From: Bacilli bacterium
Lineage (GTDB): Bacteria; Bacillota_I; Bacilli_A; ML615J-28; CAG-698
NCBI GenBank assembly: GCA_028693535.1
Contig: JAQUVC010000001.1
Coordinates: 1 to 39,229 of the forward strand
Direction of reading: 5' to 3'
DNA: 39,229 bases
Positions 19,442 through 27,291 of this stretch are shown here, piece by piece (positions within the stretch are counted from its first letter, which is position 1; the number at the start of each line of letters is the position of its first letter). The notes under the pieces are model-generated. The model saw only the letters and a program-made list of their open reading frames with translations. It did no database searches and was not told the origin of the DNA. The translations under genes and the position numbers were made by a program.

Positions 19442-20455
19442 TTATTTGCCGAATATTCGTTTCACCCTTTTTAATTTTGTAGGTATCTCGAGTCCATAAG
19501 GACATTTATCTACACAAAGACGACAGTTAATACACTCACTCGCAAAATGATTCATCTTTTCATAACGATCTTGGGCCCAACTAGCAAGTCCATAACGATC
19601 AAAATATCCTTCCAATACAAAACAACTAGGAATATCTATTCCTTGAGGACAAGGCATACAATATCCACAGCGACGACAAAAATCATTATCTAGTGCTCTT
19701 CTAACATGTTTAATGTATTCTATTTCGTTCTCGCTTAATTCACCTTTTACAACACTAGCATTTTCTTTGACTTCCGAAACGCTAGCCATACCTGGAATAA
19801 CCACACTAATAAAGTCCGTATTCAAAATGAATTTAAGCGCTGTTTTCCCTTGTTCAATTGCTCCACCAGCTAAGGGTTTCATTACTATCACGCCAATGTT
19901 TTTTCTAATTGCTCGCTTAAATAGATTTTCTGCTTTTGTTTCAATCACATTATAGGGAAATTGTATTGTATGAAATGGACAAGTATCAATAATTTTTTCT
20001 AAAAAGTCAAGGCTGTGCGAAGTGATGCCAATATACCCGATTTTTCCCATCGCTTTCGCTTCTACTAACGCTTTATAGGCACCGCTGTTCCCCATCACTT
20101 CAGCGTATTCTTGTTCTGTTTTCACGTTGTGAAGTTGATAAATATCAATGTAATCGGTTTGTAATTGTTCAAGGCTTGTTTCAATATCTTTTTTCATATC
20201 TTCATAACTACGCGACATCGATTTCGTGCAAAGAATAAAGTTTTCTCTTCTTCCTTGTAAAGCCCTGCCAAAATACGCTTCAGAACAAGTGTATCCTCTT
20301 GCCGTATCAATGAAGTTTATTCCCTTATTGATAAGTTCATCAACTATATGAATGGCCTCTTCTTGAGTTGTTCTTTGGATTGGAATCCCTCCCAAACCAA
20401 TTTCACTCACCATCAATTCTGTTTTCCCAAGTTTTCTTTTATCCACAGTCTTCAC
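19442..20455 (-). CDS. Aldo/keto reductase fused to a C-terminal 2x[4Fe-4S]-type Cys-rich domain
   Basis: 337 aa. AKR N-terminus KRKLGKTELMVSEIGLGG...DTARGY. C-terminus has CRRCGYCMPCP and CINCRLCVDKCP. GTG start at 20455; an alternative GTG lies at 20446. It overlaps the upstream thpR-like gene by 17 nt. Confidence 0.88.
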   Translation of the reverse strand: MKTVDKRKLGKTELMVSEIGLGGIPIQRTTQEEAIHIVDELINKGINFIDTARGYTCSEAYFGRALQGRRENFILCTKSMSRSYEDMKKDIETSLEQLQTDYIDIYQLHNVKTEQEYAEVMGNSGAYKALVEAKAMGKIGYIGITSHSLDFLEKIIDTCPFHTIQFPYNVIETKAENLFKRAIRKNIGVIVMKPLAGGAIEQGKTALKFILNTDFISVVIPGMASVSEVKENASVVKGELSENEIEYIKHVRRALDNDFCRRCGYCMPCPQGIDIPSCFVLEGYFDRYGLASWAQDRYEKMNHFASECINCRLCVDKCPYGLEIPTKLKRVKRIFGK

Positions 20456-20987
20456 ACCCTAGCATTTTTTTATAAACCACACTATAATTGATTTTTCCGC
20501 TTCTTCTTTGGGAAGCGTAAAGTTCATAACTTTTAACTTCACTACAAATATTCGTATTTATCTCTATATCCTCTTTTACTTCTCTTATCAAGGTAATATG
20601 AGGGTAAAAAGATCTTTTTTCAACCTTATATCCTTGTTTTGCTAATGCAAACAACAATTTTTCTTGTAACTCTATTAGCTCTTTTGTTTGTTCGATTTCC
20701 AATATAATCATATCTTTAAAACGAAGTACCTTTTTTACGCAAATAGAAAACTTTTGATGATTTATGGCATCCATCACACTTTTTATTGGCGCATAATCTG
20801 TGACTTCACCCAAAAATAGTAACGTTAAATGAACGTTATTAATCTCTGTATAATTACCTGTGATTCCTTGTAGTTGCACGGCTTTCATAATTTTTTGAAT
20901 GAATAATAATGCTTTTTTGTCGGGTTTTATACCAATAAACACTCTCATACTGCTTCCCTTTCTACAGCAATCAAATAAGTTAGACAT
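20439..20987 (-). CDS. thpR: 2H-phosphoesterase: RNA 2',3'-cyclic phosphodiesterase / 2'-5' RNA ligase (ThpR/LigT family)
   Basis: Two HxT/S motifs (VHLTLLFLG and PHITLIRE). The ATG at 20987 has an AAGGA SD. The alternative ATG at 20948 (MRVFIGIKPD) fits the family N-terminus better. Confidence 0.8.
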   Translation of the reverse strand: MSNLFDCCRKGSSMRVFIGIKPDKKALLFIQKIMKAVQLQGITGNYTEINNVHLTLLFLGEVTDYAPIKSVMDAINHQKFSICVKKVLRFKDMIILEIEQTKELIELQEKLLFALAKQGYKVEKRSFYPHITLIREVKEDIEINTNICSEVKSYELYASQRRSGKINYSVVYKKMLGCEDCG

Positions 20988-21066
20988 AAAGAATCCTTGC
21001 CTATTCCCATAGTGATGATATCCATTTTTTTACTTGTAACCATTGTTTATGAAAAAAATATTTATT

Positions 21067-21921
21067 TTATTCGTTTGTATTCAGCATAAACTCCCTAGGA
21101 ATATCTAATTCAAAGGAAACTGCTTGCTTTGTTTGTGGATGTATAAATTTCAGCGCCTGTGAGAATAGCATTAATTTCCCTTTTGTTTTACCATAAATCT
21201 TATCGCCAATGATTGGATGATGCAAATGACTAAAATGAACTCTTATTTGATGGGTTCTTCCGGTAATAATTTCTGCTGCAACCAAACTCTTTTGTTTATT
21301 GCTTTGTATTGTTTGATATGTGGTAACGGCGTTCTTCCCACTAGAAGCAACACGATAGCAATTATTAATATGACGATTTCTACCAATATTTAAATCGATG
21401 ATTCCATGTAAAGGGTTGAATATTCCTTCAACAACTGCAACATATTTTTTTGTTATTTGTCTGTTTTCCATCTGAAAACTCAAATGAGCAAGTGCCAAAG
21501 GATTCTTAGCAAATAGCACCAACCCCGTTGTTTCCAAATCAAGACGATGAATGCAATAAGCAGGCAAAAAGTTTTTTTTCTTTTGTAAGTAAAAATGGAC
21601 AGCATTTGTTAGTGTTTCTCCTACTAACCCATCGCTATGAATTAAAATCCCTGCTGGTTTATTAACCAAAAGAATGTCATCATCTTCATAAACGATATCT
21701 ATATCAAAATCCCAAAACGATACTGCATCTTCAGCAATTTCATCAAACGTAATTGCTATTTTATCTTGAGGATAAACCATCATCTTTGCTGTTGCTACTA
21801 CACCATTAACCAACACTGAAGAAGAGGTTAGCAATTTATATATCTTTGCTTTTGCTAATTGATATTCAGCAAAAAAATCTACAATTGTTTGCTCTTTATC
21901 ATTTATCATTCGTTTTATCAT
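21067..21921 (-). CDS. RluA-family 23S rRNA/tRNA pseudouridine synthase (RluD-like)
   Basis: 284 aa. Catalytic motif HRLDLETTGLVLFAKN; also GRTHQIRVH. The start overlaps the exonuclease gene's 3' end by 23 nt. Confidence 0.9.
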   Translation of the reverse strand: MIKRMINDKEQTIVDFFAEYQLAKAKIYKLLTSSSVLVNGVVATAKMMVYPQDKIAITFDEIAEDAVSFWDFDIDIVYEDDDILLVNKPAGILIHSDGLVGETLTNAVHFYLQKKKNFLPAYCIHRLDLETTGLVLFAKNPLALAHLSFQMENRQITKKYVAVVEGIFNPLHGIIDLNIGRNRHINNCYRVASSGKNAVTTYQTIQSNKQKSLVAAEIITGRTHQIRVHFSHLHHPIIGDKIYGKTKGKLMLFSQALKFIHPQTKQAVSFELDIPREFMLNTNE

Positions 21922-22780
21922 TCAACAACTCCAAAATCTCTTTTTCTTCAAGGGTGATAATCTTACATCCTTTATTCTTATATAATTGAACTTGTGCTAA
22001 TTTTGTTTTAGGGCAATTTTCTAAGCAAATAAAGTAATCAACGCTACGATTAATGCTGCGAGCAATACAAGCTCCCGAAATAAGTAGCTTTTCAACAAAT
22101 GCTTTTTTCGTGGTTGTTTTCGGCTTGCCCCCAAAAGCAATCACCTTATCCACAACAGCCATAACTTTAACAATATCTTCTGTACGCGCTTTTTTATATT
22201 CTTTGGTGGATGGCCAGTATTTATGTTCATTGTATCCTCCAAATACTAACCCTAATGCTTGATAAAGTTCTCCTTCGCTTGCCACATTCTTAACTCTTTT
22301 AGCACGCTCTATAATTTTCGTACAAACAAAGGCATCACTTAAGGCATTATGATGATGATGGATTAATTCTAAATAATCCGATAGGGTATTTAAACGGCAA
22401 TTGGGTAATTCGTTTTTCCAAATTCGTTGAGCAATTTTCAATGTGCATCCTGTTTTTATATTAGGAACATCAAGGTTATATTTTTCTATAAGCGAACGTA
22501 AAACAGAAACATCAAAATCAGCGTTATGAGCAAACACCAAGGTGTTGAAGAAAAAATGTTTAATTTCTGGCCACAATTCAGCAAATGTTTTTTCTTTTAC
22601 AACCATATCAGCAGTAATGCCATGAATTGCAGTATTAAACTCTAAAAATTCTTCTTGTGGATTAATTAAATATTCTTTTTCATATATGATTTTATCATTT
22701 GTCACAGCGACAATACCAATGCTGCAGGCACTTGATAATTCTGCATTAGCCGTTTCAAAATCAATTGCTACATAATCCAT
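21899..22780 (-). CDS. DEDDh 3'-5' exonuclease (DnaQ/epsilon-like) with a C-terminal BRCT-like domain
   Basis: The ATG at 22780 gives MDYVAIDFETAN (Exo I). Exo II is FAHNADFD and Exo III is HHNALSDA. The C-terminal ~80 aa (IAFGGKP...DYFICLEN...KGCKIITLEE) are BRCT-like. SD GAGGGG. The track start at 22801 is a TTG. Confidence 0.85.
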   Translation of the reverse strand: MDYVAIDFETANAELSSACSIGIVAVTNDKIIYEKEYLINPQEEFLEFNTAIHGITADMVVKEKTFAELWPEIKHFFFNTLVFAHNADFDVSVLRSLIEKYNLDVPNIKTGCTLKIAQRIWKNELPNCRLNTLSDYLELIHHHHNALSDAFVCTKIIERAKRVKNVASEGELYQALGLVFGGYNEHKYWPSTKEYKKARTEDIVKVMAVVDKVIAFGGKPKTTTKKAFVEKLLISGACIARSINRSVDYFICLENCPKTKLAQVQLYKNKGCKIITLEEKEILELLNDKTNDK

Positions 22781-22818
22781 ACTTTCCCCTCTTTGTTTCA
22801 ATTATAACATATCTTATT

Positions 22819-22848
22819 AAAAAACCGAATCTACCGATTCGATTTTTA
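22819..22848 (-). terminator. Intrinsic terminator after the 644-aa lipoprotein gene
   Basis: Minus-strand RNA is CGAAUC-GGUA-GAUUCG followed by GUUUUUU. The short 6-bp stem is at 22826-22841. An extended -10 (TGTTATAAT, 22809-22801) for the exonuclease gene follows directly. Confidence 0.45.
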
Positions 22849-22855
22849 TTTATTC

Positions 22856-24790
22856 TTATTCAACAACGTAGACAACGCCACGCCAGAAGCCTTCAAACAC
22901 ATCTAGCGGAAATTCATAATAAACGAACAATCCTGCCCCAAATCTGGAATTAATATTAGGATCATTACAAATTACATATGTTTTCCCATTCACTTCTTTA
23001 TACCCACGAACAACAATCAAATGTCCTCCTGTTGTGTATAATCCCGTGTTGCCTTTGATACTAGCGCCGACTGGACCGACTGTAGCCAAATGCATTTTCA
23101 GTTCACTCCAAGAATACATTCTTTGTACATAGGCATCTAAACCGAATGCACCAATTGTCACTGTGTTATAAACCCAGTTGCCATATGTCGGATTGTTATG
23201 TCCTCGATCAGCTACCAAACCAGCAATATAGCGATGTTCATATTGAGGATCCTTATCGGTAAAATGAAATCCTTTATACTTCAGGAGCATTGTTGATGTC
23301 GTTGCACTGCAAATGGAACCACCAATCTCAGGGACTTCATTTTGATTTAATTTTGGTACATCATAATCGATTTCTGTTGGTAGATTGGCTGTGCTAGTAG
23401 CATATACATAGTTTTCAAGATTCAACGTAACCGCCACTAACGACAATGCTGGAGAATCTACCCCTACGGATGTTCTTCTTAGTGTAATTTTATATTGGAA
23501 AGCTTTGCCTTTATAGGGTGAATTTAGTAATATTTCATCCGTGTTCATTCGCACTCGGGTATCGGTTTGATTATAGTATAAATTGTTTCTCCCCAATCCC
23601 CATTCGCCATATGTGAAATATTTACTCCATACACTATCTGCTTTTACCTTTATTTGTAATTCGCATGTTGCTGTTGTACTTGATATTGCAGCCCAAGAAG
23701 CAACCAATTCAGTATAACTTTTGGTATTATAAATAAGCGATTCATAAGAGCCTTCTAGCGCTCCTGCCATCAATACCAATTTACCATTTTTTATCTCAAC
23801 ATTCGTCATGTTTGCTTCAAGGTAATCCTTGGCTCTATCTACTAAGACATGATTACTTAATTTTCTTTCTGTTTCAACCATAATTTTTGTTTTCACCTCA
23901 AATACCAAATCTAATTTTTCTTCACCTAAAGCAAGGCTTAAGGTCATCATGATTATTTCCTCTTTACTTGTGAGAGTAACGATTCCATCATTAGCAATAA
24001 TTTCATTATTGGATGATTTCCAGATGCCACTAACTCCATAATCAAAGTTTGTTGGCAATGAAAGATCTCCTTCAACCAAACTTGGAAGCGAAATTTTCTC
24101 CGCAACAAGTTCTAGCTTTTTTTGATTAGGATATGTCTTTACCAGTATGTGAAACTCTTTGCTATCAATAAACTCATCATTCTTTCCAAAGATTAATGTG
24201 GCTGTTAATGTAACATACGTATCTTCAGGAACATAATAGTAGGTCCCCTTCGTATCCAAAATATTTTTATCAGATGTAGACCAAACAATCCTTACACCAT
24301 TCATGAGTGTTGGTAGTACAATGTCTTCTACGACCTCTAATGGAATCGTCAATTGCCTTACAACTTCTGTAAATACTTCTTCCGCATAAGCCTCAATGAG
24401 AATTGATCCCATATTTTTTTCAACTGAAATATCACCAATACTACCCGTTACGACTATGCTAACCACAACATCATCAAAATTTCGAGTAATTACACCTTCG
24501 TTTGTTATTGCTGTATTATCTGTTTGCCAAGCAAGAATAATTTCTTTATCCAAATAAACATCTTTTTTTAAAAAAACTAGATTTTCTTTTGTCGTTTTTG
24601 GTAAAACAATTGTTTCTAGATAATCCCTAATAACCTGTTCTATTTGTTCTTCTGTTTCTATTGGAGTAACTGGCTCCTCTGGTGTTTCTGGCGTCTCATC
24701 ATCGTGAGGAAGAACCTCTTCTTCAATAGGTTTACAAGAAATCAAAAAAAACATTATTAACATCATGACAACCAGTACGTATTTTTTCAT
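22856..24790 (-). CDS. Surface lipoprotein: three Ig-like repeats, a beta-sandwich region, and a C-terminal C39-like (Peptidase_C39_2-type) cysteine peptidase domain
   Basis: Signal peptide with lipobox MKKYVLVVMMLIMFFLISC. Three ~85-aa repeats carry W-x-[ST]-[DS]-[NK] cores (ILAWQTDN, RIVWSTSDK, GIWKSSNN). The C-terminus has GGSICSATTSTMLLKY (Cys), GGHLIVVRGY (His) and CNDP. Confidence 0.85.
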   Translation of the reverse strand: MKKYVLVVMMLIMFFLISCKPIEEEVLPHDDETPETPEEPVTPIETEEQIEQVIRDYLETIVLPKTTKENLVFLKKDVYLDKEIILAWQTDNTAITNEGVITRNFDDVVVSIVVTGSIGDISVEKNMGSILIEAYAEEVFTEVVRQLTIPLEVVEDIVLPTLMNGVRIVWSTSDKNILDTKGTYYYVPEDTYVTLTATLIFGKNDEFIDSKEFHILVKTYPNQKKLELVAEKISLPSLVEGDLSLPTNFDYGVSGIWKSSNNEIIANDGIVTLTSKEEIIMMTLSLALGEEKLDLVFEVKTKIMVETERKLSNHVLVDRAKDYLEANMTNVEIKNGKLVLMAGALEGSYESLIYNTKSYTELVASWAAISSTTATCELQIKVKADSVWSKYFTYGEWGLGRNNLYYNQTDTRVRMNTDEILLNSPYKGKAFQYKITLRRTSVGVDSPALSLVAVTLNLENYVYATSTANLPTEIDYDVPKLNQNEVPEIGGSICSATTSTMLLKYKGFHFTDKDPQYEHRYIAGLVADRGHNNPTYGNWVYNTVTIGAFGLDAYVQRMYSWSELKMHLATVGPVGASIKGNTGLYTTGGHLIVVRGYKEVNGKTYVICNDPNINSRFGAGLFVYYEFPLDVFEGFWRGVVYVVE

Positions 24791-24806
24791 AAAATCCCTC
24801 GCTAGA

Positions 24807-24835
24807 ATTGTATCATTTACTGCTCAAAAAGGCAA
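24807..24835 (-). promoter_or_regulatory. Candidate proximal promoter of the lipoprotein gene (TTGCCT-17-TGaTACAAT)
   Basis: On the minus strand: -35 at 24835-24830, a 17-nt spacer, and an extended -10 at 24815-24807. Confidence 0.5.
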
Positions 24836-24865
24836 AACTTTTATATTTTTAATTACACTTACATT

Positions 24866-24974
24866 AAATTAGGAAACCGAGCTTGGGTAAGCTCGGTTTA
24901 GGAAGGGGATGTTGTGAATAAATAAATTTATTCACCGCTTTATGTAGGGGATAAGTACAACTCTTTCGAATTGC
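24866..24974 (-). ncRNA. Candidate ~105-nt C-rich structured RNA (sRNA or 5' leader)
   Basis: Lies downstream of the promoter at 24981-25009. It has two AUCCCCU motifs (complement of 24946-24952 and 24904-24910), a 10-bp AU hairpin (24914-24935), a perfect 11-bp GC-rich hairpin with an ACCC loop (24874-24899), and then CCUAAUUUAAU. It contains no ORF. Confidence 0.35.
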
Positions 24975-24980
24975 GAATGT

Positions 24981-25009
24981 ATTATAACAAAGAAATCTTC
25001 ATAATGCAA
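24981..25009 (-). promoter_or_regulatory. Strong orphan sigma-A-type promoter (TTGCAT-17-TGtTATAAT)
   Basis: On the minus strand: -35 TTGCAT (25009-25004), exactly 17 nt, then TGTTATAAT (24989-24981). No coding ORF lies immediately downstream. Confidence 0.5.
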
Positions 25010-25083
25010 GTAAATTAAAGGATTATTTTACTTTTTGATGACAAAGTCCACCCTTTTGTTGTATAATCTAGTTGGTGAATATT

Positions 25084-26133
25084 ATGAACATAAAAACAAT
25101 TGATAAAAACATGATTGATAGTGAAAAAAACGATTTTTCAATAAAATGGTATGATAATTGCCACAAGGATTTCAACGTTCATGGCTTATATTGGTTTGCT
25201 GTCAATCATTCTTTTTGTCGATTACGCGAAACTGTGCAAATTAGTGAAAACGTGGATCAATTGGCTTACCACCCTACCGGCGCTTTCTTCTCCTTTATGA
25301 CGGATAGTACCGCCATTTCATTACGAATCAAGTTGTCTTCTGCTGCTTATATGTCCCATATGAGCGCTTGTGGCCAATGTGGACTAGATTTATATTTTAA
25401 AAACGGGAATGATTTCGTCTTCTTGGCAACAACGAAAATCAATAAAGCTGAATATGAAATAACCCTTGTTGATGGCTTGCCACCAAAGATGCATCACTAT
25501 CGCTTGTACTTACCAACCTATACGAAATTAATCGATGTTGCTATTGGGGTTAACAGCCACGCCAATTTTAAAAAATGGGGAGAGTTTTATTCTGAAGCCG
25601 TTGTTTGCTATGGAACATCGATAACGCAAGGGGGGTGTGTAACACGTCCAGGAATGAGTTATCCAAACATCCTAGGAAGAAAAATTGATTATGAAATCTA
25701 TAACCTCGGTTTTTCAGGAAGTGCCAAATTAGAAAAAAGTATTGCTGAAGAGATTGCTACCATAAAAGAAATGAAATACTTGATTATTGAAGCAGAGGCA
25801 AATTGTGAGAAAGCAAATCTTTTAGAAGAAAGATTGCCTGTCTTTATTAACACCATTAATGCTACCAATGATCACGTTACTATATATGTTATTTCTCATT
25901 ATCCTCGCCCTGATTCGCTTTTGAAAAGCGATGTAAAGAAAATGATAAAAAACCATGCAAATATCCAAAGAAATATTTGTTCACAATACCAAAATGTTGA
26001 ATTTGTCGATGGAAAAAAACTATTAAAAAAATTTGCATATGAAGAAACTGTTGATGGAACGCATTTAACCGATTTAGGCTTTTATGCCGTTGCAAACTTT
26101 TTTTCAAAAAAACTTAAAAAAAAGAATGATTAG
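25084..26133 (+). CDS. SGNH/GDSL-type esterase with an N-terminal GxDLY-type beta-sandwich domain
   Basis: The ATG at 25084 gives MNIKTIDKN; the track start at 25072 is a TTG. The N-domain motif is GLDLYF. SGNH blocks are YGTSITQGG (Ser), GFSGS and DGTHLTD (Asp-x-x-His). Confidence 0.85.
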   Translation: MNIKTIDKNMIDSEKNDFSIKWYDNCHKDFNVHGLYWFAVNHSFCRLRETVQISENVDQLAYHPTGAFFSFMTDSTAISLRIKLSSAAYMSHMSACGQCGLDLYFKNGNDFVFLATTKINKAEYEITLVDGLPPKMHHYRLYLPTYTKLIDVAIGVNSHANFKKWGEFYSEAVVCYGTSITQGGCVTRPGMSYPNILGRKIDYEIYNLGFSGSAKLEKSIAEEIATIKEMKYLIIEAEANCEKANLLEERLPVFINTINATNDHVTIYVISHYPRPDSLLKSDVKKMIKNHANIQRNICSQYQNVEFVDGKKLLKKFAYEETVDGTHLTDLGFYAVANFFSKKLKKKND

Positions 26134-26168
26134 TTTGTTTTATAAGTGAGCAAACGGAAAGGTAATTT

Positions 26169-26675
26169 ATGAATGCTCGTGAATTAGAAAATTATATTGA
26201 TTTATACATTGCCGGTCAAGAAGACGCATTCGATGTTATCTATTACGAAACACAGAAAACAGTGTATTTATCAATATATAATATTATAAAAGATCAAAGT
26301 CTAATTGAAGATATTATGCAAGATACCTACCTAAAAGCCATTAATTCCCTTGAGTATTATCGTAGAGGAACAAATTTTCAAGCTTGGATTTCTACAATCG
26401 CAAGAAATCAAGCAATCAACGTTTATAATAAACGTAAAAAAGAATCTTTGATTGATCCTGTAGACAATATTGCTTTTTTTGAAAGCCCAATTGAAAACAA
26501 TAGTCTGTTAGAAAAAGCATTAAAAGTTCTTGATGGTGAGGAAAGAGATATTATCGTTTATCATATTGTTTTGAATTTTAAATTCAAAGATATTGCCGAT
26601 ATTCTTGAAATTCCTTTAAGCACTGTCTTCTTTATCTATAAAAGGGCTCTTTCAAAGATCAAAAAAGAGGTGTAA
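26169..26675 (+). CDS. ECF-type sigma-70 family RNA polymerase sigma factor
   Basis: 168 aa. Region 2 is DIMQDTYLKAINSLEYYR...FQAWISTIARNQAINVY. Region 4 is FKDIADILEIPLSTVFFIYKRALSKIKKE. Confidence 0.88.
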   Translation: MNARELENYIDLYIAGQEDAFDVIYYETQKTVYLSIYNIIKDQSLIEDIMQDTYLKAINSLEYYRRGTNFQAWISTIARNQAINVYNKRKKESLIDPVDNIAFFESPIENNSLLEKALKVLDGEERDIIVYHIVLNFKFKDIADILEIPLSTVFFIYKRALSKIKKEV

Positions 26676-26679
26676 TCCG

Positions 26680-27258
26680 ATGAAAATAAAAAAATTTAAA
26701 CAGGAAGTACAAGCAGAAACTTTTGATATTCCTAATGTCTTAGAAAAAATCAAACCCGCCGCTTATGCTCGCAAAATTCCTCATGTTGAATCTGTAAAAC
26801 CAGCCTTCAGATGGAAACCTATCGTAGCAACCTTTGCAACTATCGTCCTTGTTGCCGTTATGTTTTTTTCTTACTCTCACAATTTTAAAGATACTGATTT
26901 ATTAGATCCTGCAGAAAACGAAAGTGTAAACTCTCCAGAGGAGACTCCAAGCGATATGGACCCCGATACCAAAGGCTTAACCAAAGAAACTTATTATGAA
27001 GGTCTATATAATGAAGCAATGGGCGTAGACATAGAAGCAACCTATAGTTCCTACTTAACAGAAGAGCAAAGAAGTGTATACCTAGACCCCACTGCATATT
27101 TTGCTTTTTATGATATTGTCATCGAACGTAATATAAAAGACTATACCAGTGCTTACAATCAATTAGTATTGTGGGGCAAAAATAATAGCTATGATGAATT
27201 GTACTTTAATGAACGCGAGAGCGATATCTATTATATCTTTAATACGTTAGTCCAATAA
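26680..27258 (+). CDS. Single-pass membrane protein, putative cognate anti-sigma factor (assigned by position only)
   Basis: Starts 4 nt after the sigma stop, with an AGAGGTG SD. One TM helix (IVATFATIVLVAVMFFSY) follows a ~45-aa cytoplasmic N-terminus. There is no HxxxCxxC zinc motif. Confidence 0.45.
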   Translation: MKIKKFKQEVQAETFDIPNVLEKIKPAAYARKIPHVESVKPAFRWKPIVATFATIVLVAVMFFSYSHNFKDTDLLDPAENESVNSPEETPSDMDPDTKGLTKETYYEGLYNEAMGVDIEATYSSYLTEEQRSVYLDPTAYFAFYDIVIERNIKDYTSAYNQLVLWGKNNSYDELYFNERESDIYYIFNTLVQ

Positions 27259-27291
27259 AAAACCTCTAGAAACATAATCTAGAGGCTTTTT
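27258..27291. terminator. Bidirectional intrinsic terminator between the convergent anti-sigma and 851-aa lipoprotein genes
   Basis: AAAAA-CCTCTAGA-aacataa-TCTAGAGG-CTTTTTTT. The 8-bp stem is at 27263-27270 / 27278-27285. Confidence 0.75.

Noticed and set aside
24909-24917. Two-codon mini-ORF ATG TTG TGA behind AGGAAGGGG on the plus strand.
   Set aside because: It is too short to evaluate. The G-run is better explained as the complement of the C-rich motif of the minus-strand RNA candidate.
24981-25020. 13-codon plus-strand ORF (MYYNKEIFIMQVN) in the divergent intergenic region.
   Set aside because: It has no SD and overlaps the minus-strand promoter; it is probably a chance ORF.
26134-26168. 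Weak hairpin GTTTG-N13-CAAAC between the esterase and sigma genes, as a possible attenuator.
   Set aside because: It is only a 5-bp AT-rich stem with no T-tract, so it is not distinguishable from chance.
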